Shown here one piece after another: positions 42,964 to 55,143 of a DNA stretch of 64,000 nt; positions within the stretch are counted from its first letter, which is position 1; every line of letters begins with the position of its first letter. The translations under genes and the position numbers were made by a program. The notes beneath the pieces are model-generated. The model was not told where the DNA came from. It was given only the letters and a program-made list of their open reading frames with translations, and ran no database searches. Source of the stretch: Naegleria gruberi (Eukaryota); NCBI GenBank assembly GCA_000004985.1, contig GG738894.1; one strand, 5' to 3'.

Positions 42964-44508
42964 ATGCATCACAATAGATCAGAAAGTGAACCAACAAGAA
43001 TACAATCTATCCGATTGCCTACTCATGATCGAAGAGGTCAATCTATGGGAAATTCTCCACAATCACCTTTAAACATACTTTCGTCTAGTACTCCAAGATA
43101 TTCTAAACGAAAGGAAGAACGAACAGTCAATCTAGACCAATATTCCTTCAAAACACAAACTAATCCAACACTTTCCCAACTCTTACTCAAGCTTGGTCAT
43201 GAAATATTCGAAAATTGGGACGAATTCTGTGGAAACTTGGCACTTCAAGCCAGAACCTTCAAATCTTCATCAAAATCCGATCAGGAAACTAAACCATTCT
43301 CTTCCCAACCATGTACTCTACTCAATAGAATGTTCTCCTACGAGAATGTCTTTTCAAAACTAACCATAGAACAGCAAATCCATTTAATCACCAATTTCAT
43401 CACAAACTATTCCTGTTATGAGGTGAATGGTTCGATAAATATGAGAATTCCAACACATCTGTACAAGTATGTGTTAGATGAGGAGGAGCACATTACGAGA
43501 TCACGTTCTCCATCTTCACCTACTCATCATGTTTCCAATTTTTCACATCATTCGAATAATGATAGATTTTCCAATATTAAAGGAAGAGCTCCAATGAGCA
43601 GGAGAATAGTTCCACAACAGGTATCAGTCCTTTCAGAAATGTATTTCCAATACGATGAGGAGAATGACAGATGCGATTCAATGATGGTTTTGGCCTTTTT
43701 ATTGGATGTGGTTTTGAGAGGTTGTGTCCAGAAGGAGTTGACCACAACTTGCATGGACATGAGAAGTGTGGAAACAATTCTTTCTGAGAAATCTGAGCAT
43801 CATGGAGATGATTCACCTTGTTTAGGAAGGGATCAAGATGAGGAGGTCAATAGTTATCATTGGAGAGAGTATGTTTGTGATGTTTTGAGGCAATTGGTGG
43901 TTGGAAGAGAATCGAATAGAGATTCGTTTGATGAGACAGATCATGGAAATGATGTAGATATGGAAATGTCTGCATTTTCAAATGACATGTCAGTTTGGGA
44001 TGCTTTAATAATGAGAATTTTCAAGAATTTTCTTGATTTTAATCAAAATGACAAGCTGTCACGTGTTGAAACAGTTAAGGAACAATGTAAGCGATTGAAA
44101 AAACATTTCAAGAATAGTGCCAAGAATGTTTATCAAGTTCTGCAACACGACATGTGTCGTTTGGCATTCGTCTGTCAAAATGCCACACTATTCCAACCAA
44201 ATTTCAGAACTACTGCCGAAAAATATATCGACTCTCTCAGAAAGGAAGATAAAATGAAAGATCTTCCATTGAGTTTGGAAATGAGTGGCGAGCTACCTTT
44301 CATTACCATTTGTTATTGGCATACCTTGATGTGTAGAGGAGTACATGCTTATTTATCACCTCTGGAAAGAGTGAAAGCATTCCACAGAGTGGTGGAGAAG
44401 GCAATCTTTCCAATCAAACATATTTCACCAAAGAATCCAACAGAACCTTCTCATGTTTCATTAATCTTGTCAAAATCTGTACAATCATTCTTGGAATTAT
44501 TCAAATAA
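42964..44508 (+). CDS. Hypothetical protein, 514 aa
   Basis: Long intronless ORF with non-repetitive composition. No motif recognised. Confidence 0.4.
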   Translation: MHHNRSESEPTRIQSIRLPTHDRRGQSMGNSPQSPLNILSSSTPRYSKRKEERTVNLDQYSFKTQTNPTLSQLLLKLGHEIFENWDEFCGNLALQARTFKSSSKSDQETKPFSSQPCTLLNRMFSYENVFSKLTIEQQIHLITNFITNYSCYEVNGSINMRIPTHLYKYVLDEEEHITRSRSPSSPTHHVSNFSHHSNNDRFSNIKGRAPMSRRIVPQQVSVLSEMYFQYDEENDRCDSMMVLAFLLDVVLRGCVQKELTTTCMDMRSVETILSEKSEHHGDDSPCLGRDQDEEVNSYHWREYVCDVLRQLVVGRESNRDSFDETDHGNDVDMEMSAFSNDMSVWDALIMRIFKNFLDFNQNDKLSRVETVKEQCKRLKKHFKNSAKNVYQVLQHDMCRLAFVCQNATLFQPNFRTTAEKYIDSLRKEDKMKDLPLSLEMSGELPFITICYWHTLMCRGVHAYLSPLERVKAFHRVVEKAIFPIKHISPKNPTEPSHVSLILSKSVQSFLELFK

Positions 44509-44593
44509 AAATAATAATAAATAATTGAGAGCGTTTTATTTACAATCATATATTTTTCAATAGTATGATAATGAAGATTTCGAACATCTTGAA

Positions 44594-46053
44594 TTAGTCC
44601 TTAATTACATGTTCATAATCTTTGGTGTGTTCAAATTCATAATCTAAATGTACATAACATCTTTCAACATCTGGTAATGATTCAATCTTCTTTTGCAATG
44701 ATTCACCAACATCGTGAGAGTCCAAGAGTGGAGTTTCCTTTGGAAGGACAACATCAATCTCAACAATCATGTTAGCTCCAGAGTAGTAGGCCATTACTGA
44801 ATCAACTTGTGTAATTAAAGGACTATGATTCAAGGCCATAAATGTTAATTTTTGAATATATTCCTTGTCTGCAGTCAAGCCAACCAGTTTTGTAATGTGT
44901 TCCAATGATTCCTGAATCCAACTCTTAATAATATAAGTACTCAAAAGAACTGCACCAATAGAATCTAACCACCACAAGTAAGTACTCAAGAATAATGAAA
45001 CAAGTAACAAGCTGTTCGATAAGACATCATTTCTATGATCGAATGCGTAGGCAATTACAGATGGTGAATGTTTGACTCTTCTGCAAACCAAATGGAGAGC
45101 CAATTTGATGAGAATAGTTGCCAACAAGACACCAATACCATACCAATAGAAAATTGAGGAGAGATATTTTGGAATCATAATTCCAAACATCCATTCAACC
45201 TCAGCATTGGAATCAGCAGAGCTATTATTATTGTAAACATCGCCAGTAATGAGACCTGTTACAATTTGAGATATACCTTCCTTGATAATTTGTAAACTTG
45301 CTGTACACATGCAAGTTGCAAAGATAACAAATCCAATTGGTTCCAATCTGTTTCTTCCAATTGGGTATTGTTCTTTCTTCTTCTGTACAATGAAGTAATA
45401 TAAATAATCAAACCAGACAATAAATCGAGAGCTGAATCAATTGTAGACGTAATAACTGAAAGGGAAACTGACAAGACACTCGCAGAACATTTCAACACAA
45501 ATAAGCAAACATTAGTCCAAAATGACAAGTGAATGCACCAATATTCCAATCGTTTCATTGCAGGTGAAACTTGTTCTTCCTGTTTGAATGCATCTTCATT
45601 CATAACAACAGATCTTCCTGTTAAATCACCTTCACTGGTTGTTTCATCTGCATGTTCCAATTTTGACTTGTATAGTTTTGCATACTCATCAACCATTTCA
45701 TTTTGCTTTTCGTAAAACTCAACTACCTTCTTCTTTTCAATATTGGATGTATCAATCAGTGGAAATTGCTTAAAATTTGATTGCCAATCCCTTGTAGCAT
45801 GTTCCACATACGACACATTTACCTTGGGAACTGAAATTGGATTAAAATTTGGACTGGAACCAATTCTATGCGTCATCATTTGTTCAGATGAATTTCCTCC
45901 TTCACCATTAGCAGCAGTAGCAACAATTGGTTTATCATTATTCATGTCCACAACTTCAATCATTTCTTCATCATCTGTTGCAGCAAGTTTGGTCTTTTTC
46001 TTTTTCGCATAGTGGCCATGATTAATTCCCTCCTCTAATATTCCTTCCGACAT
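44594..46053 (-). CDS. Cation diffusion facilitator, Mn-CDF/MTP8-like subgroup, with a frame disruption between TM2 and TM3
   Basis: DSALD (TM2) and DHRND (TM5) DxxxD motifs. KEQYPIGRNRLEPIGFVIFA matches the YPIGK-R-EP-G loop. C-terminal ...GESLQKKIESLPDVERCYVHLDYE. The two ORFs (45259-46053, 44594-45346) are offset by one base within the purine run AGAAGAAGAAAGAA (about 45350-45365), with no canonical intron available. Confidence 0.6.
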
Positions 46054-46446
46054 TTTTAAAGCTACTGTAATGAACGCACAAGTATATTTTTGTTATGAAA
46101 GTGTTGCGGCTTTGTTTTTGCACAAATTCTTATTGCGCAATTATTTCGTAAGTGTTGGAGTTCTGGAGCGATAATGATGAATAAAAGGCAAATAATCAAA
46201 TAAATGGGTAATAGCAACACTAACATTGTTGACTAATATGTGAAGTGCAGATATGAATGCTCGTTTTCAACAAGGTTTTTGAATAAGATTCCAATCACTA
46301 TTAATCATTTCCTTTCGAGCAATGTGTTCTAGAACGTTTTGTAGATGCATTGCTTTCCAGAACCAATTATCATTCATACCACTATAAAGATTGTTGCAAG
46401 TTGGTGGCAATTTTGTTGAAATTGCACTGAGAAATAGTTTTTAAAT

Positions 46447-47511
46447 TCATGGATAATTAAATTCCAAAACAGAACTATTCCAATTAAAAAATTCAACGTA
46501 AAATCCAAGATTTTTCATATCTTGCACATAATCCTTCACCAGAGAATGACTCTTATAATCAATAGAAAGAAACTCCTCACTTTTAAACCATTCCAATTGT
46601 TTAGGTAGTTTCATACCTTCTGCCAAAGATGCTTGGACCTCTTCATCATCTGAAACATCTTGAACCTTGTTTGATTTTCTATTGCTATTTTTTAAAGTAA
46701 GATTATCCACTTCATCTTTCCACCAAAATTGATAACCCAAATATCTAAACTTTGGAATAATTTCTGTAGCAAAAACTCCTTGATTATTATTCAAATAGTA
46801 CCAACTTCCAATATATGCATTAAACCCTTCATTCATTAATGCATTTTCCTCAGTTGCCCAGAATGGATTATCCTCATTGAGTGTAGTATGTATTAAGTGT
46901 TTCAATTGTTTTTCAAAATTTTCATTATTCGAACAATCTGATAATGGATCCAATAATTTCATTAATTTCCTATTCTTTTGATTGTAAGGCATTGCCTCTT
47001 CCATTTCAATCCACTTTTCAATGATGGCATTTGTGGCACTATAGACGAATATTCCAACTGGACACAATAGAATATCAAATAGTAATTTTCCTTGACAATT
47101 TGATAGATATCCCACATTATCGATGTGATCTTGTACAACTCCGATCATATCCTCACTATAATTGTAATATCAAAATTAATATTAAATAATTATTTAAATT
47201 AATTACCTTGATATTAAATTGGCCATATTAATAGGAAGTTTAGTCTTTCTATCAATTTCAATCGGATGACAATGAAAAGTATACGGAACATCATCATGAA
47301 CCTCACATAGTGTATAATCTAATTGTCTTCTTCCCTTCCTAATTGATGAAGATGCTTGTTCTTCATCTAATTGCTTTTGTATCGTTAGAATTATTACTTC
47401 ATCTATTTCCGAAAGAGTTTCATCATTATGATCATTAATTTTCTTTTTTTTACAAGTTTTTTCTTCTTTCCTAATTTTTTTTTTTTTTTTTTTGGTGATT
47501 TTCATAATCAA
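46447..47511 (-). CDS. Hypothetical protein, two exons, with a lysine-rich N-terminus
   Basis: Exon 1 47511 to about 47210 (MIMKITKKKKKK...MANLIS), a GTAATT...TATAG intron of about 50 nt, exon 2 (S)EDMIGVVQDH... to 46447. The frame is preserved across the junction. Confidence 0.4.
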
Positions 47512-49092
47512 AATAATAATATAATACCAGCTTGAGTACCCAAAGTATTCAAAACAGTATCAACATCACCAGAATAAACAAGAATTCTAATTTGAGGAAG
47601 CAACTTGGTATAGAATGGCAACATGGTAGTATAGATGGTGGTGTAATTAATGAAGGTTGAACAAACTTGCCATCCATTTGGATTACCAATATGAGTAGCA
47701 CCAATGGCTGATCTAACAGCTGGAGTATTGAAATAGGAAATGACAGAGTGATCTGGAACACAAGGTGAATCACTTTCGTCACCAACAATAGAGAAACTAG
47801 ATCTTCTTGATGTAGCTCTGTGAGTGTGAAGTTGGAAGAGTGGATGATTCTTAGAGTTGATAGAACGCTTTGGCATGTTTAAACCGTTATCACCCAACCA
47901 TGTGCAGCTAAATATTTTGTTGACCAAAAGATGAGAAAATTCCAATAATAAATTCCAATAATAATTCCAACAATTCAATTTTCATGAATTTTCAAACATT
48001 TTCAATAACATTGTTCACGTTAATATTGATATCAAATTACTTGGATAACTTACGAGTCATAAATGTAATATGGATTCAAATGGGTCAAGGAAGCATAAAC
48101 TTTTGACAAGAATGCAGAACAATCAGCACTGTTTTGATTAGCATAAAAATTACCCTTGCAACTAACAAAACCAGCATTGTAATCTTCAATGGTAATCAAA
48201 CTGTGTTCCTTATAGAAGAGAGGAACAGAGTTGGCATCTTCTTCACCATCAGTAACACCATTACCAACCAAAATACCTGCATGAAATTATATTAGTATAA
48301 ATTGAAATCAGAAACATACCTTGCAAGTTAATCTTTGGTAATTCACCTTGTTGATTTCCTTGTAAAATTCTGTAAGCAGCAGATGGAACATAAACTCCAC
48401 CATATGATTCTCCAGAAATAAAGAATGGATTCTTGACATATTGTGGGAATCTAGAGAAGAAATCTCTCATGGCTCCATTCATATCATTGGCAGCAGTAAT
48501 ATCGGTGATAGACATATAATCAGCAGTATTGTCACTATAACTATAACCCTATTTAGTTGTTTAAATCATGAACAAACTCTCTATGTAACAAAAACTTACA
48601 ACACCAATTGGTTGTTCCAAATAAATAATGTTAACTCTCTTATTCCAAGCAAATGGATTGCTAACAACAGTTTTACCATCAGCTAACACAACAAAAGGTC
48701 CATGTTCCGATACCATTCCGTCTATTGTTGAAATAGTCATTAGATGACATTGTTAAAACTTTAAATTTTCACAATTTTCACAAAATACTAACCAATTGAA
48801 GAGCAACCTGGGCCACCATTTGTCCACAAAACCCTATTCATTGTCAAAAGGATGATAATACTGAAACAACTTACACTGGTGCTGTAGCTGGATTTTCTTG
48901 ACATTCCATGAACCAATAAAACAAATGGTGTTGAGTAGAATTTCCATTCAAATAGCCAGTGTAACTCTTGAATGTTATTGGTTGATTATAACCAGGCAAG
49001 GAAGTAACAAGATGATCCCTCGAGGTTTGTCCCATAACAACCTGAGCATGCAAGAACATCAACAGAGCAAGGCTTCCGAAGACGAGTAACAA
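47508..49092 (-). CDS. Serine carboxypeptidase (peptidase S10), at least 5 exons, apparently lacking the C-terminal catalytic His region
   Basis: Exon 1 from 49092 (signal peptide) ...ATAPV. A 41-nt GTAAGT intron. VLWTNGGPGCSSIG. A 67-nt intron. DGMVSEHGPF...GESYGGVYVP (catalytic Ser). A 43-nt GTATGT..CAG intron at 48277-48319. ILVGNGVTDG.... An intron of about 70 nt. ...VYSGDVDTVLNTLGTQAG, then a stop. There is no downstream exon encoding the His box. Confidence 0.65.
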
Positions 49093-49504
49093 AGTTCTGG
49101 AAACGTTTTTGCATTTTTTTTAAATTCAAGTAGCCGGCTATTGGTTGGCGGGTGATTTTTTCAGTGCTTTTTGAGGCAGGCAAAATATCTCAAGAATTTC
49201 CAATGTTACGGCTTTCATGTTGGGAGATGCTTTTTTGAAACTCCGGAGATGGAAAACAAAATTGTTAGTAATGACCCTTGAGTATCTTGTTCGTTATCTT
49301 CAAATAATATTGAAATACATCTATGATTCCGTTTTCCAAACATCTTAATTACAGATATTTTTTTCATTGTAGGGTGATATTTAAGAGGTCACAGCAATCA
49401 CAATAGCAACGCTTTTCTCTTGTGTATGGGACAATCATTTGGTTGTCGAGTTGCTTATCGTTATCCTTAGAAGATTGAAGAAGCATCAGAATTTGTTTAA
49501 TCCA

Positions 49505-49580
49505 TTCTTCTTGTTTCCTATCTCTTTCTTCTTGTTTTCTATCACGTTCATCTTGCTTTCTATCCCTTTCTTCTTGTTTC
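49505..49580. repeat. Imperfect 21-bp tandem repeat, about 3.5 copies
   Basis: ttcttcttgtttcctatctct / ttcttcttgttttctatcacg / ttcatcttgctttctatccct / ttcttcttgtttc. On the minus strand it would encode (RKQEERD)n, but that ORF starts at TTG. Confidence 0.5.
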
Positions 49581-50006
49581 TTTTCAAGCTTATTAACTTT
49601 CAATAATCTTATTTAAAACCGAAAGGATTAGGGAATTATTAAGTTTTAACATGTCGAGTGAATTCATTTTTTTCTATTATAGATTTAGTTTATTTAATAT
49701 GGGTAAGTTGTAGGGACTTTCACTGTACAATATTTGAAATGTGGGGGATTATTGGGTCTTTTCAAGAACTCTTTTGATTTCTTCGACTGTTTATCACGAA
49801 AATTGGGAATGTGTCAAATCAAGAAATATACAAGTAAAGAAGCATTTCAAAAGTTATGAGTAGAGCACAAATTTACAACTTGATTCAATACAGAGATCTT
49901 TTAAGTCATGTTTCAGATTTAGCTTTTCATGATGTTGCTTGACATTCGAAATAATCTTATTTATGCCTGTATGAAGTGAAAAGAACTATTTGGTTTCAGT
50001 CCTGTT

Positions 50007-50993
50007 TTATAAAAGAGAGCAATACCAATTTTTAATCTCCTCTTCATTTGCATCCTTTTCGAAAAAACTATTGAAGGTAAATTGTAATTGAATGAACCAC
50101 ACTGGTACATAAATATGTTTGAAATTCTTACAGTCAATCTCCACAAATACTGAGCGTCTATATTCATACGCTTTCTGTACAGCATCTTTCAAGCATACTG
50201 GTTTTCTTTCGTAGTGAGAATAATTCTTTTCTGAATGTAATCCTAAAACTATTCCTGTATCAGTATTATTAGATTGTAAACCCGCTAAGAACCATTCATC
50301 TAATTTGTTGAATGTCGATTCATGATCCATTGAAAATGCAAATAAACATTTCACATCATATTCTTGATGCCATTTATCTTCAATCATTTCACTCTTGGAG
50401 TAGAATCTTTCAACTCCATTTGTCTCCCAAATCTGATGCTTACAACGATTCTCCTCATTGGGAATTGTACATATTTTTGAAAAGTAATAAGGCCCAATAC
50501 CAACATTTTCCCTAAATTTTCCATGTTGAATAAAAGTTCCCAAAGTTGATTTTCCAATACCACTATCTCCTAAAATCATATAATTAATTGTTTGATCTTT
50601 GTGAGCTATTTCAAAATTAGGAAAAAATAATCGATAGAAATTCAACAATTCCAACTCGTTAGGATTGAGAATTTGTGAAATTTCTTCTGTATTTCTTTCC
50701 GGATCATGATTTCCCAATTTAAAAGCCAATTTTAACAAGTGTAATCGTATGAAATATTTTGCATTTCCAATTAATTTTACATGATCACTATTCGAATTTT
50801 CCGCGTTTTGATAAATTGAAATATTTAAATCTGATTTCTCGCCATTACAAAATTTACAAATATCATCACTAATAACAATGCAGGAATTTCTAATCAAGTT
50901 GTGAATATTCCGATTAACAGTGAGGAGAGAAGTTAAAACATCAATCGGTTCTAAAAATTGAATAATCTCCAACCAAGCAAGATCTTGCGCCAT
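50007..50993 (-). CDS. F-box-like N-terminus fused to a divergent Ras-superfamily small-GTPase-like domain
   Basis: ATG 50993 after an A8 run. N-terminal LAWLEIIQFLEPIDVLTSLLTVNRNIHNLI is F-box-like. G1 ILGDSGIGKST. G3 WETNGVERF (the DTAGQ equivalent with the catalytic Gln replaced). No clean NKxD. Confidence 0.5.
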   Translation of the reverse strand: MAQDLAWLEIIQFLEPIDVLTSLLTVNRNIHNLIRNSCIVISDDICKFCNGEKSDLNISIYQNAENSNSDHVKLIGNAKYFIRLHLLKLAFKLGNHDPERNTEEISQILNPNELELLNFYRLFFPNFEIAHKDQTINYMILGDSGIGKSTLGTFIQHGKFRENVGIGPYYFSKICTIPNEENRCKHQIWETNGVERFYSKSEMIEDKWHQEYDVKCLFAFSMDHESTFNKLDEWFLAGLQSNNTDTGIVLGLHSEKNYSHYERKPVCLKDAVQKAYEYRRSVFVEIDCKNFKHIYVPVWFIQLQFTFNSFFEKDANEEEIKNWYCSLL

Positions 50994-51660
50994 TTTTTTT
51001 GTAATGAATTAACACACCAACACTCACAGTCAACCACAATAAAATCTAATGAAATATCTTTCTCAATAAAATCCAAATTCCAATTATAGTTTGTCTGAAC
51101 CACCTCTCAATGCTAATTCTACTACTCCATCTCAATAGCACAAACCAATATTCCACATTCCACAATTCTCCACATCAAGTACAACTCCAACTTCGGATCA
51201 CCTCTCTACAAAATCAAAAACTTCCAACACCCACTTTCCAAGTGAACCAAAAATCAATCCTCCATAAAAAACAATAGGATTACATAATATTCAATATACA
51301 GTACACTGAAGCAAGCACACTTCATCATAATCGCGCATTATTATTTCACGAATATACTGAATATACTGCCGTGTCATTTCATGAGTGGACAATTCATGCA
51401 TAACTCCTTTTTACATTGCTAACAACCCATCATATCAAAAAAAGACCCAATACAACAATCAACAGCCAGTTAGTTGCCTTCATCCTCAACACACAACAAG
51501 CCTTTGATTTTTCGCGCTTTTTTTCTCTTGTTTTAATTTCCCTCCACAAAGCTCCTGTAAATAATTCAATATTTCATCAAAGAGCACACTCAATCTTTTT
51601 GCGTGAGTGAAGAAAGAAGAAATTAGTGTACAATAGTGGTTTTCCCGACATATTGAAAGT

Positions 51661-54600
51661 ATGAAACGGGTTGGAATTTCCCAGAGGAAGATCCATCATT
51701 TGATTTTAATTTTGATTTTCCTTGTCTTGTTTGTGATTAATAATTATGAATTATTAATTAATAATCATAATGCTGATTTGGGATCATCACCAGAGGCAGT
51801 GTTCATGGGAGGTCTTGTTAATGGTGCTTCTTATCGATTTTTAGGTGAATTAACCAATTCAACCAAAACAAATGTTTCTGCAGTCTATGTAGATGCACAA
51901 TCAGGTCAATCATTCACTAATTATACTGTATCGACTTCAACTTCAACGATTGGTTTTGGATCATTTTCATATACCTATGAAAGTGATGAATTTTCATGGC
52001 AAATTGTGATGGACAATGAATTGCCTTCATTTACCAATACGAGTAGTAGTATTTCATTGAGATATTATCGATTGGTACATAAGAATATATTGCTGACTGA
52101 TTTATCAAAGAATTTATTTATTAGTGTGGAGAATATTTCGACAGTGTTGACTCCTCTCAATCTGTTGAATGGATCTAATGGATTGGATATTAGTGTGAAT
52201 GGAATGCTTATTAGATTGAATGGAACAACTAAGGGAAAGTACTCCAATTCATCAAAATTGGTGGATATTCCTGAATTGTTTACATCTTCCTATTCATTAC
52301 AATTGTTTTCAATTCAATTGAATACATCAAAATTACAAGATAATAGTACCTATCCTGCAGTGGTAGATCCATCGAAAATTTTGGTCAATTACACTCAACT
52401 CAAAGGAAAGAATCCAACATATTCCTACCAGGTTCTCGAATCAGTGAAGGAATATATCAAGGTTCTTTCAGTAACCACTGTTTCATTGAAGAATTTGTGC
52501 AGTTCTTCCTCTCCTATTGTGGCCTTTACGTGGGGCTCTTGGAAATTGTGGTTCGTTTTGGCCATTGTCATTCTAATGTTGCTCATGCTTGTGGCTTCAT
52601 GGTGGAGGCCATACTTTATTGTTTTCATGACTTTGGTCATTTTGAATCTTTCAGGAATAATTAACCTTACACAAACTCTGAGTGGTTTCTCTAATGATGG
52701 TATGCTGACAGTCTTGCTGCTCTTCCCTATTGTCCAACCATTATCGGAGAATTCATTAGTATTGAGAGGATCCAAGTTAGTATTTGGTACAGCCAAGTAT
52801 GGTTTATGGTTGTGTATGCTTAGATTATGTTTGGTTATTTCAGTAATTAGTCCTTTCATTAATAATACTCCAATTGTCGTTACAGCCCTTCCAATTATTG
52901 TAAGTTTATTATGAATATTTCTCTTATTTTGTTTCTTCTATAATATTTTAATATTTATTTCATTAAAATAGAAAGATTGGGCCAGAGAAAATAACATTGC
53001 TGCCTCCAAATTCTTAATGGCCATGTGTTATATTACAACAGCTGCAGGCTTAATGACCTTGATTGGTACCAGTACAAACATTGTGACCAATGGTCTATTT
53101 ACTGCCTACGGTTATGAGGCTTTCACATTCTACGAATTTTTCTACATTGGATCAATTTTGACATTTATTACAATCATTTATTTGTGTACATATGGATTGT
53201 GGGTCTCTCCAAATAGAAAAGGTGGTATGTTTAGATTGGCCAGAGAAAGAGGTGAACAATTCTTGACAAAACTTGCAGTCGAAAGAAGGAATTCACCTTT
53301 AATTGGTAAGAACAAGACCAAAGTTATTACTTATTTGGGATTGGACAAGTTGGAAGTTGTTGAAATTATCAGAAAAAAGACCAAACAAGCACCAGCCGCC
53401 ACACCATCCAATGACCGATCGAATACTGATTCACCAACTAGGGTGGAGGTGACCACAATTATGAGTTCAAACGATGATGACAATTTGGAACATATTGTGC
53501 CAGTTCCTGACGATTTGACCATTCAACTCTATGATACCATCATTTTCAAAGGTCATCCAACCAATATTTTAAAACTCCACTCCATGGTTGGTGTTTCACA
53601 AAATATTGAACAAGATCCAAAGGAAGAATCCAACATTTTGCACACCATGTTGGGAACTGAAAATTTACAAATCGATACCAATGTAAATAATGCAAACAAT
53701 ACAGAAAAGAAGAGTCCACTTTCTCCAAGAAAGCCATCAACTGCTGAAGAGAATGATCAAGAAGTTGTTGTGGAAATTAGTGATAGTGAGGCTGCTTCTA
53801 CCAATGATTTGATTATTGGTGAGACAAATTCTACAGAGGATCAATTTTCCTCTGCACCACCAATTCCAAAAACCTCATTGAAAAATAAGATTAAGGAACA
53901 AAATCTTCATGAAATGGTTCTCAAAAAGTCAGTTGAAGAAGAAGAAAAGAGAAAGTCTTCTGTTGAAGAAGAGACTGAAATGGAGGAAATACAAATTCCA
54001 AATGATGTGGAAATTCCATCAAACCCTACTGATTCAGAAAAAAGAATAGACACAATTGACAATACAGAAAATAAGACAGTCGACACTACAACTGAAAGTA
54101 AAAAGAAGGAGGATGCCTCTGAAGCAGAATCTGAGAATGAACCAGAATTTTTCGAAGTGGTCATTAGTACCTTCAACCCATGCATGGGTGAATTATACTC
54201 TGATTTTGAAAAGAGATATGGAGTTGTCATTCTTGCAGTTCGTCACAATAAGGGTCTCGAAACTAAAACAGATATCACTGATTTCAAGACTACAAAGGTT
54301 AAAGCAGGAGATACTTTATTACTTATTGGAAAGGCTGATTTCTATTCCAAGTGGCATGAACTAAGGATTTCTATGTCATTTCCAGATGTAATGTTTCACC
54401 AAAGGAGAAGAGCAAACATCAAAAATTTATTGTCAAGATTCCATTCACAAAGAAATCAGTCAACTTGTGGTGGTGGGAACACTTGATTTTCCCATTCTTT
54501 ATTGCAATGATTGCTGTTGCCATTGCTGGATATTCAATGCTTCAATGTGCTATGGTTACTTTGTGTGTTGTAATTATTTTCAGATTAATCAATCCAATTA

Positions 54601-55064
54601 AGGCAATTGAATCTATCGAGTGGCCACTTATTGCCTTGATCGGTTCTAGTTTTGGTATTGGTACTGCAATTACTCAATCAGGTATGGGTGAGGCTCTTGC
54701 AGAATTATTAAGATTGATGAATGTTCCAGTTATTCTACTTCCAGCATTTGTCGTTTTCATTACTCTAGTAGTGACTGCTGTCATTACCAATAATGCTGCT
54801 GTGGCTGTTTGTTTCCCATTGGCTATGGCTATTGCTAGATCGTACGGTTTAAATCCTCGATGCTTTGCCATGTGTGTCTGTATTGCTGCCTCCTCTGTAT
54901 TTGCCACTCCAATTGGCTACCAATGCAATATGATGATTATGGGACCTGGTGGTTATTCCTTTATCGATTATGTGAAAATTGGTTTACCATTGACAATTAT
55001 TTACTTTTTCGCCGTTAGTACATTTGTTCCACTCATTTGGGGATTGGAAGTTCCAAACTTTTAA
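51661..55064 (+). CDS. SLC13/DASS-superfamily permease of the bacterial YfbS type, with two internal TrkA-C domains. It is preceded by a eukaryote-style N-terminal signal anchor and glycosylated ectodomain. Three exons.
   Basis: Exon 1 51661-52902 (ectodomain of about 270 aa rich in N-x-S/T, then TM helices). A 66-nt GTAAGT..ATAG intron at 52903-52968. Exon 2 52969-54387 (..LPII|KDWARENNIAASKFLMAMCYITTAAGLMTLIGTSTNIV; TrkA-C-like GELYSDFEKRYGVVILAVRHNKG...GDTLLLIGK). A putative 50-nt intron at 54388-54437 (GTAATG..AAG) rejoins frame to ..IPFTKKSVNLWWWEHLIF.. C-terminal permease repeat to 55064. Confidence 0.6.
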
Positions 55065-55143
55065 AATATTTGAAAATATTACAATATTAGAAATAATTAT
55101 TTATTTTGAAATATATATCACTTTTGGATAATATACAAATAGT

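Noticed and set aside
47470-47511. The A18 tract as the poly(A) tail of a retrotransposon or retrocopy
   Set aside because: There are no flanking target-site duplications and no RT/EN ORF. The tract is in-frame, encoding poly-Lys of the adjacent gene. It is retained only as part of the carboxypeptidase truncation observation.
49364-49603. A 79-aa ORF encoding (RKQEERD)n
   Set aside because: The track start is TTG and there is no ATG. The periodicity comes from a 21-bp DNA tandem repeat, so it is reported as a repeat only.
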